From: Candidatus Saccharimonadota bacterium
GTDB taxonomy: Bacteria > Patescibacteriota > Saccharimonadia > Saccharimonadales > Saccharimonadaceae
Direction: 5' to 3'
Assembly: GCA_017533605.1 (NCBI GenBank)
Contig: JAFWKF010000003.1
Coordinates: 6,861-70,860 of the forward strand
DNA length: 64,000 nucleotides
In this document: positions 42,405-52,981 of the stretch, in pieces
Position numbering within the stretch: position 1 is the first letter of the stretch
Layout: every line of letters begins with the position of its first letter
The notes under the pieces: generated by a model
Databases searched by the model: none
Seen by the model: the letters and a program-made list of their open reading frames with translations, nothing else
Told to the model about the DNA's origin: nothing
Position numbers and translations under genes: made by a program

Positions 42405-45372
42405 ATGGTACCATATCCTCCACCACTCTGTTAGAAACTAGGTAGTCTTTAAACATTTGCAAGGTAATGCCATATCTCTGGAGATAAGCGGCTTCGCCAA
42501 GACGTAGATCGTTGAATAATCTGAGCGGGATACCAATATCAGCGAAGTCTGCATAGGTGTATAGGTTGTTTGGATCGGAGATGAATTCTGCACGATTAGA
42601 TGGCCAAGTTACGTTTTCGGCAAATCCGTAGAAGTTAGATGTAATTACATAACCGTTAGTGGTGAGAAATTCATCAGAAATAATATTGTAATAAGTACTT
42701 GATGTGACGTAGTAGACATTTACTTCTTGATTAATCGTTTCAATGTTGGTCACCGTTACTGGTGTTAATTGATCGTCTATGACTTTATATACTCTTGTGC
42801 CTACTCCAAATCTACTGGAGTCATCTACAGAAACGAATTCGTTGGCGTCAACATCAAAGATACCGTGCCAGCTCGTAGTACCTAGTGTGGAACCATCGCT
42901 AAAGGTGGTTAATTGATAATTCGGCATTACGCTTGATTTTTCAATTCTAGCTGGGTGGACGTAGCCAACAGTACCAGTTTCGTGGTTCCAAACTACTAGC
43001 CAATCGCTATAAGTAATATCTTCAATAGGCTTAGTGGTTCGTCTGCCATTTTCGTCTAGTACGGCAATCATGGTGCCTTCAATGAGACAGCCACTAGATG
43101 GACAGGTTGCTGTAATTTCAATATTACCAGTAACTCCTGAAATTTCTACCACACCACCACTATAAGTAAAGTTGGTTGTAGTTTGTCCGTTTACTTTTAC
43201 AGTAACATCGCTTTTACTTGTTGGGGCATCATAATTGTTATTTGGCGAAATTGTGCCTCGGTAGGTTCCGCCGGCTCTGACGGTGTTACCAGAGTTATTA
43301 GTCAAACTACCGTTCGTAATGTTGCCAGCGATTGTATATGCCCAGCTGAGCGATACATTGCCAGTACCAGAAGCTGGTCCTGGATCGGTGTTTGCGCCAT
43401 TAATTTGAGACTGCGAGGCGGTGTTGCCTTCATCATCAAAACCAACCACTACAAAATTGTAAGTTCCGTCAGAGATGTTATTAAGAGTGTATGAGTTATC
43501 AAGGCCACTAATTCCGGTTGCTACTCTGGTACAGGTGTTGTTTTGGCATCTATAAATGCTATAACTTGCCACGCCAACGTTATCTGTGCCAGTCCAGCTG
43601 ATAGTAGCTTGGCCATCAACTGCATTGTTTCTAGTGATTGACACTCCGCTGATAACCGGGGCTTGAGTATCTACATATGTCGGGTCCTTATCTACTTTAA
43701 TATTTACTTCACCAACATTAGTATAAGTATTGTCATAAGAGATAATAATGCCAGCAGTGGCTGTTTCTGAGGCAAAGGCTGCGCCACTAGCTTTCTTCAT
43801 GTAGAAAGTGTATGTTCCGGTAGTTTCAGCGGCGATGGTTTGAGTACCTAGTGGCTGACCGCTGCTATTTACAATTTCAAAATCAGAACTTAAGGATTCA
43901 ATTGTGAAGCTTTTTTGTTCTTCAAATGTACTTTCTACATTTATTTGGAATGAAGTCAAGGTATTATTCCCGGACAAATCCCCAGTATTACTGCCATTAA
44001 TACTACCAAGAATACTCGGAACTTTCTGGTTAACTGGTTCAACCTCAATGCCGCCCTCGGCACTGTGCTCGCCTGAAACGTAGTCGGTTTCAAGGATGAT
44101 ATTAAACGACACGGATGAATTTGCGGGTATAGTATCTCCTACGGCGATACCGCTCAATGAATAAGTGATATCGCGTACTTCAGTTGGAGAAATACGAAGG
44201 GTTAAGTTTGAAGCGGGCGCGGTAAAGGTATAGTCATCATCGGTAGAGTTTGTGACGGTTAAGCGATAAGTTGCTTGAAGAGTGCTAGTATTGTCTAGGC
44301 CGCCCAAGAAAGTAAGGTCAAAATTAATCTCACCAGTACTCTGATTTATAGATGGGTTTGGCGTACCATTTACGTTAATGCCAGAGACATAAGAAATGTT
44401 GGTAATTCTAACATCGCCAGTCTCAATATACTCGTATCCATTAGGAATAGTATAGGTTAATCCGAGTGATGGGACGTTTACTACTACATCCACTATTCCA
44501 TAGTGGTGAGCAGCAGTGTTACAGGTAATTACTAGGACGCCGGTGCTGATACTAGTGCTTTGTGATGTACAAGTACTGCCGCCGATAGTTACACTAACAT
44601 TTGGCGGGATAAAGCTTGCTTGAAGAGATGTAGTAATAGTAACTGTAGTGCCACCTGCTTTTGGACCAGAAGTCGGCGAGATAGTTGCTTCACCACCTGG
44701 TACGTCGCTGGCGTTCCCTATGACATGATATTCTACATTAGTCTGGTAGGTACCTGGGTGGGTTAAGACGTCTGCGCCAAGTCTTGCGCCATAGTATATG
44801 TTAAAACTATCGTTGCCACTGGAATTAGTGACGGTTCTGATTAATGTATAACTTGGCCCGACATCGTATTTAGCGTAAGTACTGCTAGTGGATGGAGTGC
44901 CGGCGGTGTATGAATTACTAAAGTTATTAGTTGGTAGACCTGTGGTGCTGCTTGGAATGCCAAAGCCCCAATTGTCTGAACTTAGGGTTGTAGCGGTGCT
45001 AGGAGTGGCGTTAATTTGCGAAATTGAAGGACTAGAAGAGCCACCGCCCACCAACAATAAAGTACCACCAGATGTATCACTCGATGGTATGTTGGCATAG
45101 ACTTTGTATTCGGAGAGGCCACCGGTCGTAGCAACAGTTAGCGTTCGCATTGTGCTGACATACATGTCTTGACTCCAATCCGTAGGCACGACATTAATCG
45201 CTGCGGATTGATTTTGCATACTGAGTGTTGCCGTTTTACTGGGGTCGATGGTAGCAAAAACACTACCGTCTAACTTCAATAAAAGTATCAACAGTAACGC
45301 TGCTGTCGCAAATATTATTTGCTTCAAAACAACTCGGGTTTTTCCACATCTCCTTATATGTATACTATACAC
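42391..45372 (-). CDS. Large secreted Ig-like/FN3-like surface protein with a C-terminal Hint domain
   Basis: Signal peptide; IPT-like ISPTSGPKAGGTTVTI; DTQAP and TDNVGV; CLIEGTMI...LTTN; start uncertain. Confidence 0.75.
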   Translation of the reverse strand: MYSIHIRRCGKTRVVLKQIIFATAALLLILLLKLDGSVFATIDPSKTATLSMQNQSAAINVVPTDWSQDMYVSTMRTLTVATTGGLSEYKVYANIPSSDTSGGTLLLVGGGSSSPSISQINATPSTATTLSSDNWGFGIPSSTTGLPTNNFSNSYTAGTPSTSSTYAKYDVGPSYTLIRTVTNSSGNDSFNIYYGARLGADVLTHPGTYQTNVEYHVIGNASDVPGGEATISPTSGPKAGGTTVTITTSLQASFIPPNVSVTIGGSTCTSQSTSISTGVLVITCNTAAHHYGIVDVVVNVPSLGLTYTIPNGYEYIETGDVRITNISYVSGINVNGTPNPSINQSTGEINFDLTFLGGLDNTSTLQATYRLTVTNSTDDDYTFTAPASNLTLRISPTEVRDITYSLSGIAVGDTIPANSSVSFNIILETDYVSGEHSAEGGIEVEPVNQKVPSILGSINGSNTGDLSGNNTLTSFQINVESTFEEQKSFTIESLSSDFEIVNSSGQPLGTQTIAAETTGTYTFYMKKASGAAFASETATAGIIISYDNTYTNVGEVNIKVDKDPTYVDTQAPVISGVSITRNNAVDGQATISWTGTDNVGVASYSIYRCQNNTCTRVATGISGLDNSYTLNNISDGTYNFVVVGFDDEGNTASQSQINGANTDPGPASGTGNVSLSWAYTIAGNITNGSLTNNSGNTVRAGGTYRGTISPNNNYDAPTSKSDVTVKVNGQTTTNFTYSGGVVEISGVTGNIEITATCPSSGCLIEGTMIAVLDENGRRTTKPIEDITYSDWLVVWNHETGTVGYVHPARIEKSSVMPNYQLTTFSDGSTLGTTSWHGIFDVDANEFVSVDDSSRFGVGTRVYKVIDDQLTPVTVTNIETINQEVNVYYVTSSTYYNIISDEFLTTNGYVITSNFYGFAENVTWPSNRAEFISDPNNLYTYADFADIGIPLRLFNDLRLGEAAYLQRYGITLQMFKDYLVSNRVVEDMVPYDDE

Positions 45373-45450
45373 CCTATTTTATAGTATAACAGGTTATACA
45401 AGTGCTAACAATAAGCTTTTTAGCTTTTTTGAAAAAAGTTGTGGATAACT

Positions 45451-47268
45451 TTAAACGCGGTTTTCGCGCTTCCTTTTTATAGGATCAAGTTGGCGTTTGC
45501 GAAGTCTCAGAGATTGTGGTGTAACTTCCAAAAGTTCATCGTCTAGCAAGAAATCTAAACATTGCTCTAGCGAGAGTTGAGTATATGGTGTTAATTGAAT
45601 AGCGCCATCAGAAGCGTGTGTGCGCATATTAGTAAGTTGTTTTTCGCGGCAGATGTTAATATCAATGTCTTCTTTTTTGTTAGAGAGTCCTACGATCATA
45701 CCTTGATAAACTGCAGCGCCAGGTGGGATAAACAGGATACCACGAGCTTGGGCAGAATCTAGAGCATAGGCGGTAGAAACACCGGATTCAAACGACACGA
45801 GTGCGCCGTTTCGCTCAGGTTTATATTTAGAATCCACTGGTTTATAGCCATTAGGAATACTAGACATAATTACTGTACCTTTAGTAGCTGTGAGTAGGTT
45901 GTTGCGGAGTCCGATTAAGGCAGCGGTAGAGATTTCATAAACAAATCTAGTGGTACCACTAGTAGTGATTTCTTGAGATTTTAGTTCGGCTTTTCTAATA
46001 CCTAACTCTTGAGAAACTGCGCCGACGAATTCTGGTGAGACTTCTATGGTTAAATCTTCTATTGGCTCACATTTGATTCCGTCTATTTCTTTATATACCA
46101 CTTCGGGACGACCGGCTTCTAGTTCATATCCTTCGCGACGCATAGTTTCAATTAAAACCGATAAGTGTAATTCTCCGCGCCCAGATACTTTGTAACCTAA
46201 GCCGTCTGGTTGAATTTTGAGCGCAATATTGGTTTCTAACTCTCGTTCTAGTCTTTCGGCAATTTGTCGCGAGGTAGTAAATTCGCCCTCACGTCCTTTT
46301 AGCGGTGAGGTATTTGGACCAATGTATATTGAGAGAGTCGGAGCTTCAAGTGTGATACCAGGAAGAGCTTCTGGGTTCTCGCCAGTGGCGATGGTGTCGC
46401 CGATATTGGCTTCGGAAACACCTGTGATGGCAACGATGTCGCCAGCGATTGCTTCGGAGACTTCTTCTTTGCCGAGGCCGCGATAAGAATAAAGCCTATC
46501 TATCTTGGCTCGCCTCTCAACGGGTCCTGACGTCAAAATTTTCACACTTTGGCCTTTTTTGAGTTTGCCGCGGAAGATTTTGCCGATGCAGTATTTACCG
46601 AGGTAGTTGTCGCCGGCAAGGGCGGCCACTAGGAGCTGTGCCGAATCAGAATCAGAATCCACATTTGGCGCTGGTATATCATTGATAATTGATTCAAAAA
46701 TTACATGTAAGTCATCGTCTAGGTCTGTAGTTTTGCCGGCTTTGCCTTCGCGAGCGATTGCATAATAAACTGGGTAAAAGAGTTGAGATTCGTCAGTGGC
46801 AAGTTCTAAGAATAAGCTTTCAATTTCAGAAAGAACTTCATTGATGCGGGCGGCTGGCTTGTCAATTTTGTTAATTATGACCACTGGTTTTAGATTAAGT
46901 TCTAAAGCTTTTTGTAAGACAAATTTGGTTTGCGGCATTGGGCCTTCTTGGGCGTCTACAATTAGTAATACGCCATCGGCCATATTTAAAGTACGTTCTA
47001 CTTCGCCGCTAAAATCAGCGTGGCCTGGTGTATCAATGATGTTAATTTTGTAACCATCGTAATAAACACAGGTTTGCTTGGCGGTGATAGTGATTCCCCG
47101 TTCGTGCTCTTGATCCATGGAATCCATGATCAGAGTTTGATTCATTTCGGCTTGATTATCGCGAAAAGTATGGGACTGCTTTAAAAGTCCATCTACGAGC
47201 GTGGTCTTGCCGTGATCAACATGTGCAATAATTGCCACATTCCGAATTTTATCTTTGTTTAAAGTCAT
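45451..47268 (-). CDS. typA: Translational GTPase TypA/BipA
   Basis: [28 protein letters not shown]. Confidence 0.96.
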   Translation of the reverse strand: MTLNKDKIRNVAIIAHVDHGKTTLVDGLLKQSHTFRDNQAEMNQTLIMDSMDQEHERGITITAKQTCVYYDGYKINIIDTPGHADFSGEVERTLNMADGVLLIVDAQEGPMPQTKFVLQKALELNLKPVVIINKIDKPAARINEVLSEIESLFLELATDESQLFYPVYYAIAREGKAGKTTDLDDDLHVIFESIINDIPAPNVDSDSDSAQLLVAALAGDNYLGKYCIGKIFRGKLKKGQSVKILTSGPVERRAKIDRLYSYRGLGKEEVSEAIAGDIVAITGVSEANIGDTIATGENPEALPGITLEAPTLSIYIGPNTSPLKGREGEFTTSRQIAERLERELETNIALKIQPDGLGYKVSGRGELHLSVLIETMRREGYELEAGRPEVVYKEIDGIKCEPIEDLTIEVSPEFVGAVSQELGIRKAELKSQEITTSGTTRFVYEISTAALIGLRNNLLTATKGTVIMSSIPNGYKPVDSKYKPERNGALVSFESGVSTAYALDSAQARGILFIPPGAAVYQGMIVGLSNKKEDIDINICREKQLTNMRTHASDGAIQLTPYTQLSLEQCLDFLLDDELLEVTPQSLRLRKRQLDPIKRKRENRV

Positions 47269-47326
47269 AAATTTTATTATAACACTTTTTTTGCATAAAT
47301 TCAATGATAAGTGTTATAATAATCTT

Positions 47327-47518
47327 ATGTCAAGAAAACCTACAATGTATGAACCTGAACGCTGCTGGGTGGGGGATGTGCAGAAAGTTTCTTATAAAAC
47401 TCGTGAAGAAGCGGAGCTAGCAGCCAAAGTTGCCGAGTATGACCATAAAATTAGTGGGTTAACTGTTTATAAATGTGAATATGGAGACCACTGGCATCTT
47501 AGTTCTGGCCAGTATTAG
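47327..47518 (+). CDS. Small protein with YxCxxxxxWHL motif
   Basis: YKTREEA...YKCEYGDHWHL; leaderless-type promoter. Confidence 0.6.
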   Translation: MSRKPTMYEPERCWVGDVQKVSYKTREEAELAAKVAEYDHKISGLTVYKCEYGDHWHLSSGQY

Positions 47519-49205
47519 GTGCTTTAGGAATTAGTACTTCGTTATTTTGATTATTAGCTTCAGTAAGTATTATATTGACCGGTTCGCCACGATAATACTT
47601 TGCAAGTGGCGACAGAGTTAAAATGTTTTCTTTTTCGTAGTCTAGTTCGCCGATTGTAATTTCGTTTTCTAGAGTTAAACCCATTACTGTGTCGTTGATG
47701 ACAACAACTGCTTGCGTACCAGTATTCTCAAAGCTCACTTTAATGTCGCCATTTTCTAGGTGGGTAATTTCTTTGATTTCAAGCGTAAAATCTCGGTGCC
47801 CTTCGCCTTCTTCTACTGGCGGCAGGGTTTCGTATTTTTCTATGATGTAGTCAGTTAGCAAATTTAGCTCATTTAAATTGGTAATAACTTTGCCGTTAGT
47901 GGCAGTCGCGAGTTCTTCGTAGTCGCTGCTGACGCCGGGTTTCGTGATGATATAAAAATTAACTGGGTCAATTTCTTTACTGAGACTAATGACCTCCTCA
48001 ATACTTATACCATCTCTGTCTGGTGAAAGAAAGTTTGCGTCAGTTAAAACAACTAACGATTTGGTGGCGCCTTTTTTCCATTCTAAAGCTTTCATAGTAT
48101 TAAATGCGGCAGAAAGTAATGATTCGGGCGTATCGCCACCGCCGTCCGCATGAATGTTATTTAGTTCGGATTCAAATAATTCTAATGTGCAGGTATCAAA
48201 ACTACAATGTTCTACCGGCTGGTAGGGATCATTTAGATCGCGGTAATCATAGAGCGCAACTCGCCCGCCGGAAGCTAAGGTTTGCTCAGCTAGTCTTAGA
48301 GCCTCAGTTTTATATGAGTCAATTAAGTCAGACATTGAGCCAGTGGAATCTATAAGGATCACTGTATCGTGCGATGAAGTAATATGATTTTCTATGCCAA
48401 AAGTTTCAGCGATTTTTGTAAAAATGACTTTTGAGGCGTCTTCGTACAATGCATCTGAAATATATGCCGTGTGGTGACCGAGGTTAAAATACGAACTACA
48501 GAAAAGATCGTGTTTATTGCACCAGGTTCCAACTTTGTTTTTTAAGCTTTCAGGACGATATGGCACGTAGCCGCCAAGTAGTCCCTTGTAAGCTTGGCAG
48601 TCTGGAACGTAGGCACGATAGTCAGAAAGGTTTTTGCTACTGCAAGCATCTGGTGAAGGGCCTTTCCCTTCTGGTAAATATATTTTTGGATCGCCAAAAG
48701 TAGCAGCGTAAATAATTTTATTTGCGTTTAGTTTTTCTAAAGCTTTTGATACTACCATGGCGCCTTGCGAATATCCACCAATTACATATTTGGTGTTAGG
48801 ACATTCGTTGTTAACTAATTTGATTAAGTTTTTAACGCCAGTATTTACACTGTCGCCGAAAGCGTATGATTCTCCAGCACTGACATATGCTTCAATTGCG
48901 ACGCGTAGATTTTCTGCACCAACACCTATAGCTGGATAATCTAAGTCGGTAAATCCGTAATCCAAACTAGTAGTTTTTAATTTTTCTTCAATGGTGGATT
49001 TAAACTCTAAATAATTTGCATCGGTATTATGTTCGCCGCCAGAGCCGCGTGCGAAAACGACTCTTAGTTCTGGACAGTTTTTAGCAGTGGTAGTTTGTTT
49101 TGGTAAATACGCGCTAAAAACAAGCGCTAGAATTAAAACTAAATAGCGGATTTTTACTTTTTGTTTTTTCGCGCACCCTTTTTTAATATGGATTTTTCCT
49201 CGCAT
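47499..49205 (-). CDS. Secreted cutinase + vWA domain protein
   Basis: CPELRVVFARGS, GYSQG, FGDP, CNKHDLFC; MIDAS DSTGS, GGGDTPES, LTDA; APNTG at the end. Confidence 0.85.
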   Translation of the reverse strand: MRGKIHIKKGCAKKQKVKIRYLVLILALVFSAYLPKQTTTAKNCPELRVVFARGSGGEHNTDANYLEFKSTIEEKLKTTSLDYGFTDLDYPAIGVGAENLRVAIEAYVSAGESYAFGDSVNTGVKNLIKLVNNECPNTKYVIGGYSQGAMVVSKALEKLNANKIIYAATFGDPKIYLPEGKGPSPDACSSKNLSDYRAYVPDCQAYKGLLGGYVPYRPESLKNKVGTWCNKHDLFCSSYFNLGHHTAYISDALYEDASKVIFTKIAETFGIENHITSSHDTVILIDSTGSMSDLIDSYKTEALRLAEQTLASGGRVALYDYRDLNDPYQPVEHCSFDTCTLELFESELNNIHADGGGDTPESLLSAAFNTMKALEWKKGATKSLVVLTDANFLSPDRDGISIEEVISLSKEIDPVNFYIITKPGVSSDYEELATATNGKVITNLNELNLLTDYIIEKYETLPPVEEGEGHRDFTLEIKEITHLENGDIKVSFENTGTQAVVVINDTVMGLTLENEITIGELDYEKENILTLSPLAKYYRGEPVNIILTEANNQNNEVLIPKAPNTGQN

Positions 49206-49297
49206 ATTTTTACTCCTTTTTTAATTGTGCGGGGATTATAGGCACACCCAAAAGTAAATATCAACCCCCCACCTATTTTTCATGCTATAATAGGGGT

Positions 49298-49849
49298 ATG
49301 AATGATAAGAAACAACAAGAGTGGGATGAATATTTCCTAAAAATTGCCGAAACGGTTGCGCTTAAATCTAAAGACCCGTCATCAAAAATGGGATGCGTGA
49401 TTGTAGATAAAAACAAGCGTGTGGTATCGCTTGGATATAATGGCATGATTCAAGGCGCCGATGAGTCTAAAATGACTCTAGACGAGCGTCCAATGAAATA
49501 TCGTTTTGCAATTCATTCGGAAATGAATGCGGTTTTGTTTTCATATCAAGATTTGACTGGTTGTACAATTTATAATCGTGTAGCTACTTGTGACAATTGT
49601 CTTAAATATTGCTTGCAGGCCGGGATTAAAAGATTTGTCTATAGAGAACTTCGTGTGCATTCGCATTCTACCGACCCAAAGAATTCTATGACTAATGTAG
49701 AAAGTGATGAGGCAGTAATTAGAATGCTAACCTCCATGCCAGAAGTTAAGACTCTAAATATAACTAACGGTAAAACTTACATTGAAGATATTTTAGATTC
49801 ATATCCAAAAGATTCTGAGGAATACAAGAGATTGGTTAAGTGGGTATAG
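49298..49849 (+). CDS. dCMP deaminase family protein
   Basis: SKDP, GYNG, HSE, CDNC. Confidence 0.88.
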   Translation: MNDKKQQEWDEYFLKIAETVALKSKDPSSKMGCVIVDKNKRVVSLGYNGMIQGADESKMTLDERPMKYRFAIHSEMNAVLFSYQDLTGCTIYNRVATCDNCLKYCLQAGIKRFVYRELRVHSHSTDPKNSMTNVESDEAVIRMLTSMPEVKTLNITNGKTYIEDILDSYPKDSEEYKRLVKWV

Positions 49850-49971
49850 ACGGGTCTGATGGTTTAGACGGGTGACGGCTTTGGAAGGGGCCCCCAAATA
49901 TTTTGCGTAAGCAAAATTTTGGGGAGGGAGAAAAGCCGGCAGGACCCGTCTAGATTACCGTCACCCGTCTG
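49847..49971. repeat. Palindromic element family B, intergenic, with nested arms
   Basis: CGGGTGACGG (49869) ... CGGCAGGACCCG (49937); AGACGGGT and ACCCGTCT each occur twice. Confidence 0.8.
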
Positions 49972-49972
49972 G

Positions 49973-50620
49973 TCACCAGTTAATCTCTTCCATGCCGTGA
50001 GATTTTAAAAAATCATTGCATCTCGTGAAATGATGATTGCCGAAAAATCCGGCGTGGGCGGAAAGTGGAGATGGGTGCGGCGATTCCAAAACCAAATGTT
50101 TAGTTGTATCAATTAAGGATTTTTTATTGCGTGCATCTCTACCCCACAAAATAAAAACTAAATGAGGTCGGGTTTGGTTTAAATACTCAATTGTGGCGGT
50201 GGTAAAAGTTTCCCACCCTTTGCCGCGATGCGAGCCAGCTTTGTGCGCTTCTACGGTTAAAACTGTGTTTAAAAGTAGCACGCCTTGTTTTTGCCAGTTT
50301 TTTAAACTACCACGCGGGTTGGCGTGATGGCCAATATCATTATCAATTTCTTTGTAAATATTAATTAACGATGGCGGGATGGGCTGCGAATTTGGTACAG
50401 AAAAAGCTAGGCCTTCGGCGGCGCCGGGTGTGTGATATGGATCTTGACCTAAAATCACAACTTTCACTTCGTTTAAGTCGGTGGTAAAAGCCGAAAAAAC
50501 TAATGATTTTTTTGGAAAAATAGTTTTAGTTTCGTATTCTTGATGCAAGAATTCTGACAATTCTTTAAAATAAGGCTTGTCAAACTCACTTTTTAAAAAC
50601 GGCTTCCAACTCTCGTGCAT
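49973..50620 (-). CDS. ung: Uracil-DNA glycosylase
   Basis: GQDPYH, LLLN, HPSPLS. Confidence 0.97.
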   Translation of the reverse strand: MHESWKPFLKSEFDKPYFKELSEFLHQEYETKTIFPKKSLVFSAFTTDLNEVKVVILGQDPYHTPGAAEGLAFSVPNSQPIPPSLINIYKEIDNDIGHHANPRGSLKNWQKQGVLLLNTVLTVEAHKAGSHRGKGWETFTTATIEYLNQTRPHLVFILWGRDARNKKSLIDTTKHLVLESPHPSPLSAHAGFFGNHHFTRCNDFLKSHGMEEINW

Positions 50621-50635
50621 GTTATAATTGTATCA
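50620..50635. promoter_or_regulatory. Overlapping divergent extended -10 promoters for ung and tmk
   Basis: TGTTATAAT-6nt-ATG on plus and TGATACAAT-6nt-ATG on minus in a 14-bp gap. Confidence 0.65.
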
Positions 50636-51258
50636 TGTATATAGTAATTGAAGGACAAGATGGTACTGGCAAATCTACGCAAGTAAATTTGCTGGCGGAT
50701 TATTTCAAAAACCAAGGAAAAGAAGTGGTGATGATGGAAGAGCCGGATGGTGATCTTCCGCAAGCACATGATTTACACGATATGATTTTGTCACGAGGTT
50801 ATACATTGGAACCTTTAACCAATGTGTTGTTATTTACAGCTGCACGAGTTGAATTATGGAAAAAAATCGCCGAGCCAGTTTTAAAACGTGGCGGGATTGT
50901 TATTTCGGCACGTAATTATTGGTCTACGCTAGCTTATCAAGGCTATGGCGAGGGTGTATCGCGTAGTAAGATTATCCGCATTACTAAAGATTTGTTGCCA
51001 GAAAAATATTTTAAACCAGATCTTGGTTTTATTATGGTGGTGAGTGATGAAGTACGCCTCGCTCGGCAAAAAAATCGCGGTAAGGCCACAGAAACATTTG
51101 AAGCTAAACCAAATGAATTTCAACAAAGAGTTAATGCGGCTTATCCAAAAATCGCTAAAGAATTCAATTTAAATATTATTGACGCTTCAGGCACAATTGA
51201 AGAGATTAATCAGCAAATTGTGAATTATATAACTCAGCATAAAAGCCATTCTGCTTAA
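50635..51258 (+). CDS. tmk: Thymidylate kinase
   Basis: IEGQDGTGKST, LLFTAAR, STLAYQG. Confidence 0.93.
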   Translation: MYIVIEGQDGTGKSTQVNLLADYFKNQGKEVVMMEEPDGDLPQAHDLHDMILSRGYTLEPLTNVLLFTAARVELWKKIAEPVLKRGGIVISARNYWSTLAYQGYGEGVSRSKIIRITKDLLPEKYFKPDLGFIMVVSDEVRLARQKNRGKATETFEAKPNEFQQRVNAAYPKIAKEFNLNIIDASGTIEEINQQIVNYITQHKSHSA

Positions 51259-52981
51259 GCAGCGATTCGTGGTCGCCTTGTTCTACAATATTACCATCAC
51301 GCATGACTAGAATTAAATCGGAATTACGAATCGTGGAGAGTCGGTGTGCAATTACGAATGAAGTGCGGCCACTAGTTAGTTTTTCAAATGAGTCTTGGAT
51401 TAACTGCTCGGTGCGAGTATCAACGTTTGATGTGGCTTCGTCTAAAATCATCATTGGTGGGTTAGCAATCATGGCGCGGGCAATGGTGAGCAATTGTTTT
51501 TCGCCAGCAGAAATATTGTCAGAATCTTCTGAAATTGGCGATTTGTAGCCTTTTGGCAAGGCTTCTACAATATGATCCACATTGCTGGCCTTAGCAGCTT
51601 TTCTGATATCATCTAAACTAGCGTCTTGTTTGCCATAGCGTAAGTTTTCTTCAACGGAGCCAGAAAAGAGCCAAGTGTCCTGAAGTACCATGCCAAACAT
51701 TTTGCGAACATCGGCACGTTTCATGTCGCGTGTAGGAACGCCGTCAATGGTGATATAGCCAGAATCCGGATCATAAAAACGCATGAGCAAATTAATAATT
51801 GTGGTTTTGCCGGCGCCAGTGGGGCCTACAATTGCAACTTTCATGCCAGGTGTAACTTTGACTGAAAAATCTTTAATAATTGGTGTGCCTTTATTGTAGC
51901 TAAAATTGACATCATGAAATTCAACTTCGCCTTTAACTTTTGCAATTTCTTTGGCTGGGTCACTATCTGGCTCTTCTTCTGGTTCGTTTAAGAATTCAAA
52001 AATTCTCTCGCTGGCGGCCAGAAGCGATTGAATGACTGATGTAGATGACGCGATTTCGGTGATTGGGCGATTAAAGCGCGAAACGTATTGAATAAAGGCT
52101 TGAATGTCGCCGATATTAATACGGCCCTCTACGACAAAGATGCCGCCTAAAATACAAATTGCGACATAGCCGAGATTAGTAAAGATGTGTGTAATTGGGA
52201 AAGAAAGTGAGGAGAAGATTTGAGCTTTGCGTGTGACGGTGGCGAGTTTTTCGTTAGTGGTGGTGAAGTCTTCTAATGCAAGCGGCTCGTAGGAATTCGC
52301 TTTAATAATAATTTGTCCGGAATAATCTTCTTCGGTTTTACTATTTAATACGCCAAGGGTGTTTTGTTGTTCGCGGAAGTATTTTTGTGCAAAATGCATA
52401 ATTCTACCGACTACTAATACTGAAATTGGCACTACGATAAATGAAATTAGTGACAATGGTACGGAAATTGTAAGCATCATAATCATTACGCCAATTAGAG
52501 TGGTGATGCTAAGTGAAATATCGGCAATTTCCCGTGACATGGACGAAGCGATGACGTCTATGTCGTTTGACATACGTGAGAGTGTGTCGCCATATTTGTG
52601 GCGATCAAAATATGAAATTGGTAGTCTAGTGATTTTTTCTAATATTTGTTTGCGTAATTCTTTGGTGTAGTTTGCGGTAACTATAGCTAGAATAAGTGCT
52701 TGCACATAGTTTAATATTGCGGAAGCAGCAAACAAGACGATAACTAGAATGGCTCTGCTAGAAAGGGCTGACCAATCGGTGTTTGGGTAAGTATTGACGG
52801 CAATCGTGGTCATGTCGCCTAAGATTTTTGGTATGAATAATCCCAGTACTGCAGAACAAATAGCAATTAGCACTGATAAAATGATTCTGAAACGATACTT
52901 TTTAACTGAACTTATAAATGCTTTCCAAGCTAGACTGGTGTTTTTGGGTTTACTAGCAGAGGAATGATCATGGCTAGGCAT
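51206..52981 (-). CDS. ABC exporter half-transporter (TMD+NBD)
   Basis: GPTGAGKT, ISAGEKQ, ILDEATS. Confidence 0.93.
   Translation of the reverse strand: MPSHDHSSASKPKNTSLAWKAFISSVKKYRFRIILSVLIAICSAVLGLFIPKILGDMTTIAVNTYPNTDWSALSSRAILVIVLFAASAILNYVQALILAIVTANYTKELRKQILEKITRLPISYFDRHKYGDTLSRMSNDIDVIASSMSREIADISLSITTLIGVMIMMLTISVPLSLISFIVVPISVLVVGRIMHFAQKYFREQQNTLGVLNSKTEEDYSGQIIIKANSYEPLALEDFTTTNEKLATVTRKAQIFSSLSFPITHIFTNLGYVAICILGGIFVVEGRINIGDIQAFIQYVSRFNRPITEIASSTSVIQSLLAASERIFEFLNEPEEEPDSDPAKEIAKVKGEVEFHDVNFSYNKGTPIIKDFSVKVTPGMKVAIVGPTGAGKTTIINLLMRFYDPDSGYITIDGVPTRDMKRADVRKMFGMVLQDTWLFSGSVEENLRYGKQDASLDDIRKAAKASNVDHIVEALPKGYKSPISEDSDNISAGEKQLLTIARAMIANPPMMILDEATSNVDTRTEQLIQDSFEKLTSGRTSFVIAHRLSTIRNSDLILVMRDGNIVEQGDHESLLKQNGFYAELYNSQFAD

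Noticed and set aside
46506-46535. typA segment whose reverse complement has ACGTCAGGACCCG, like the family B right end
   Set aside because: Short match, no arms and no obvious length increase; an eroded copy cannot be told from chance.
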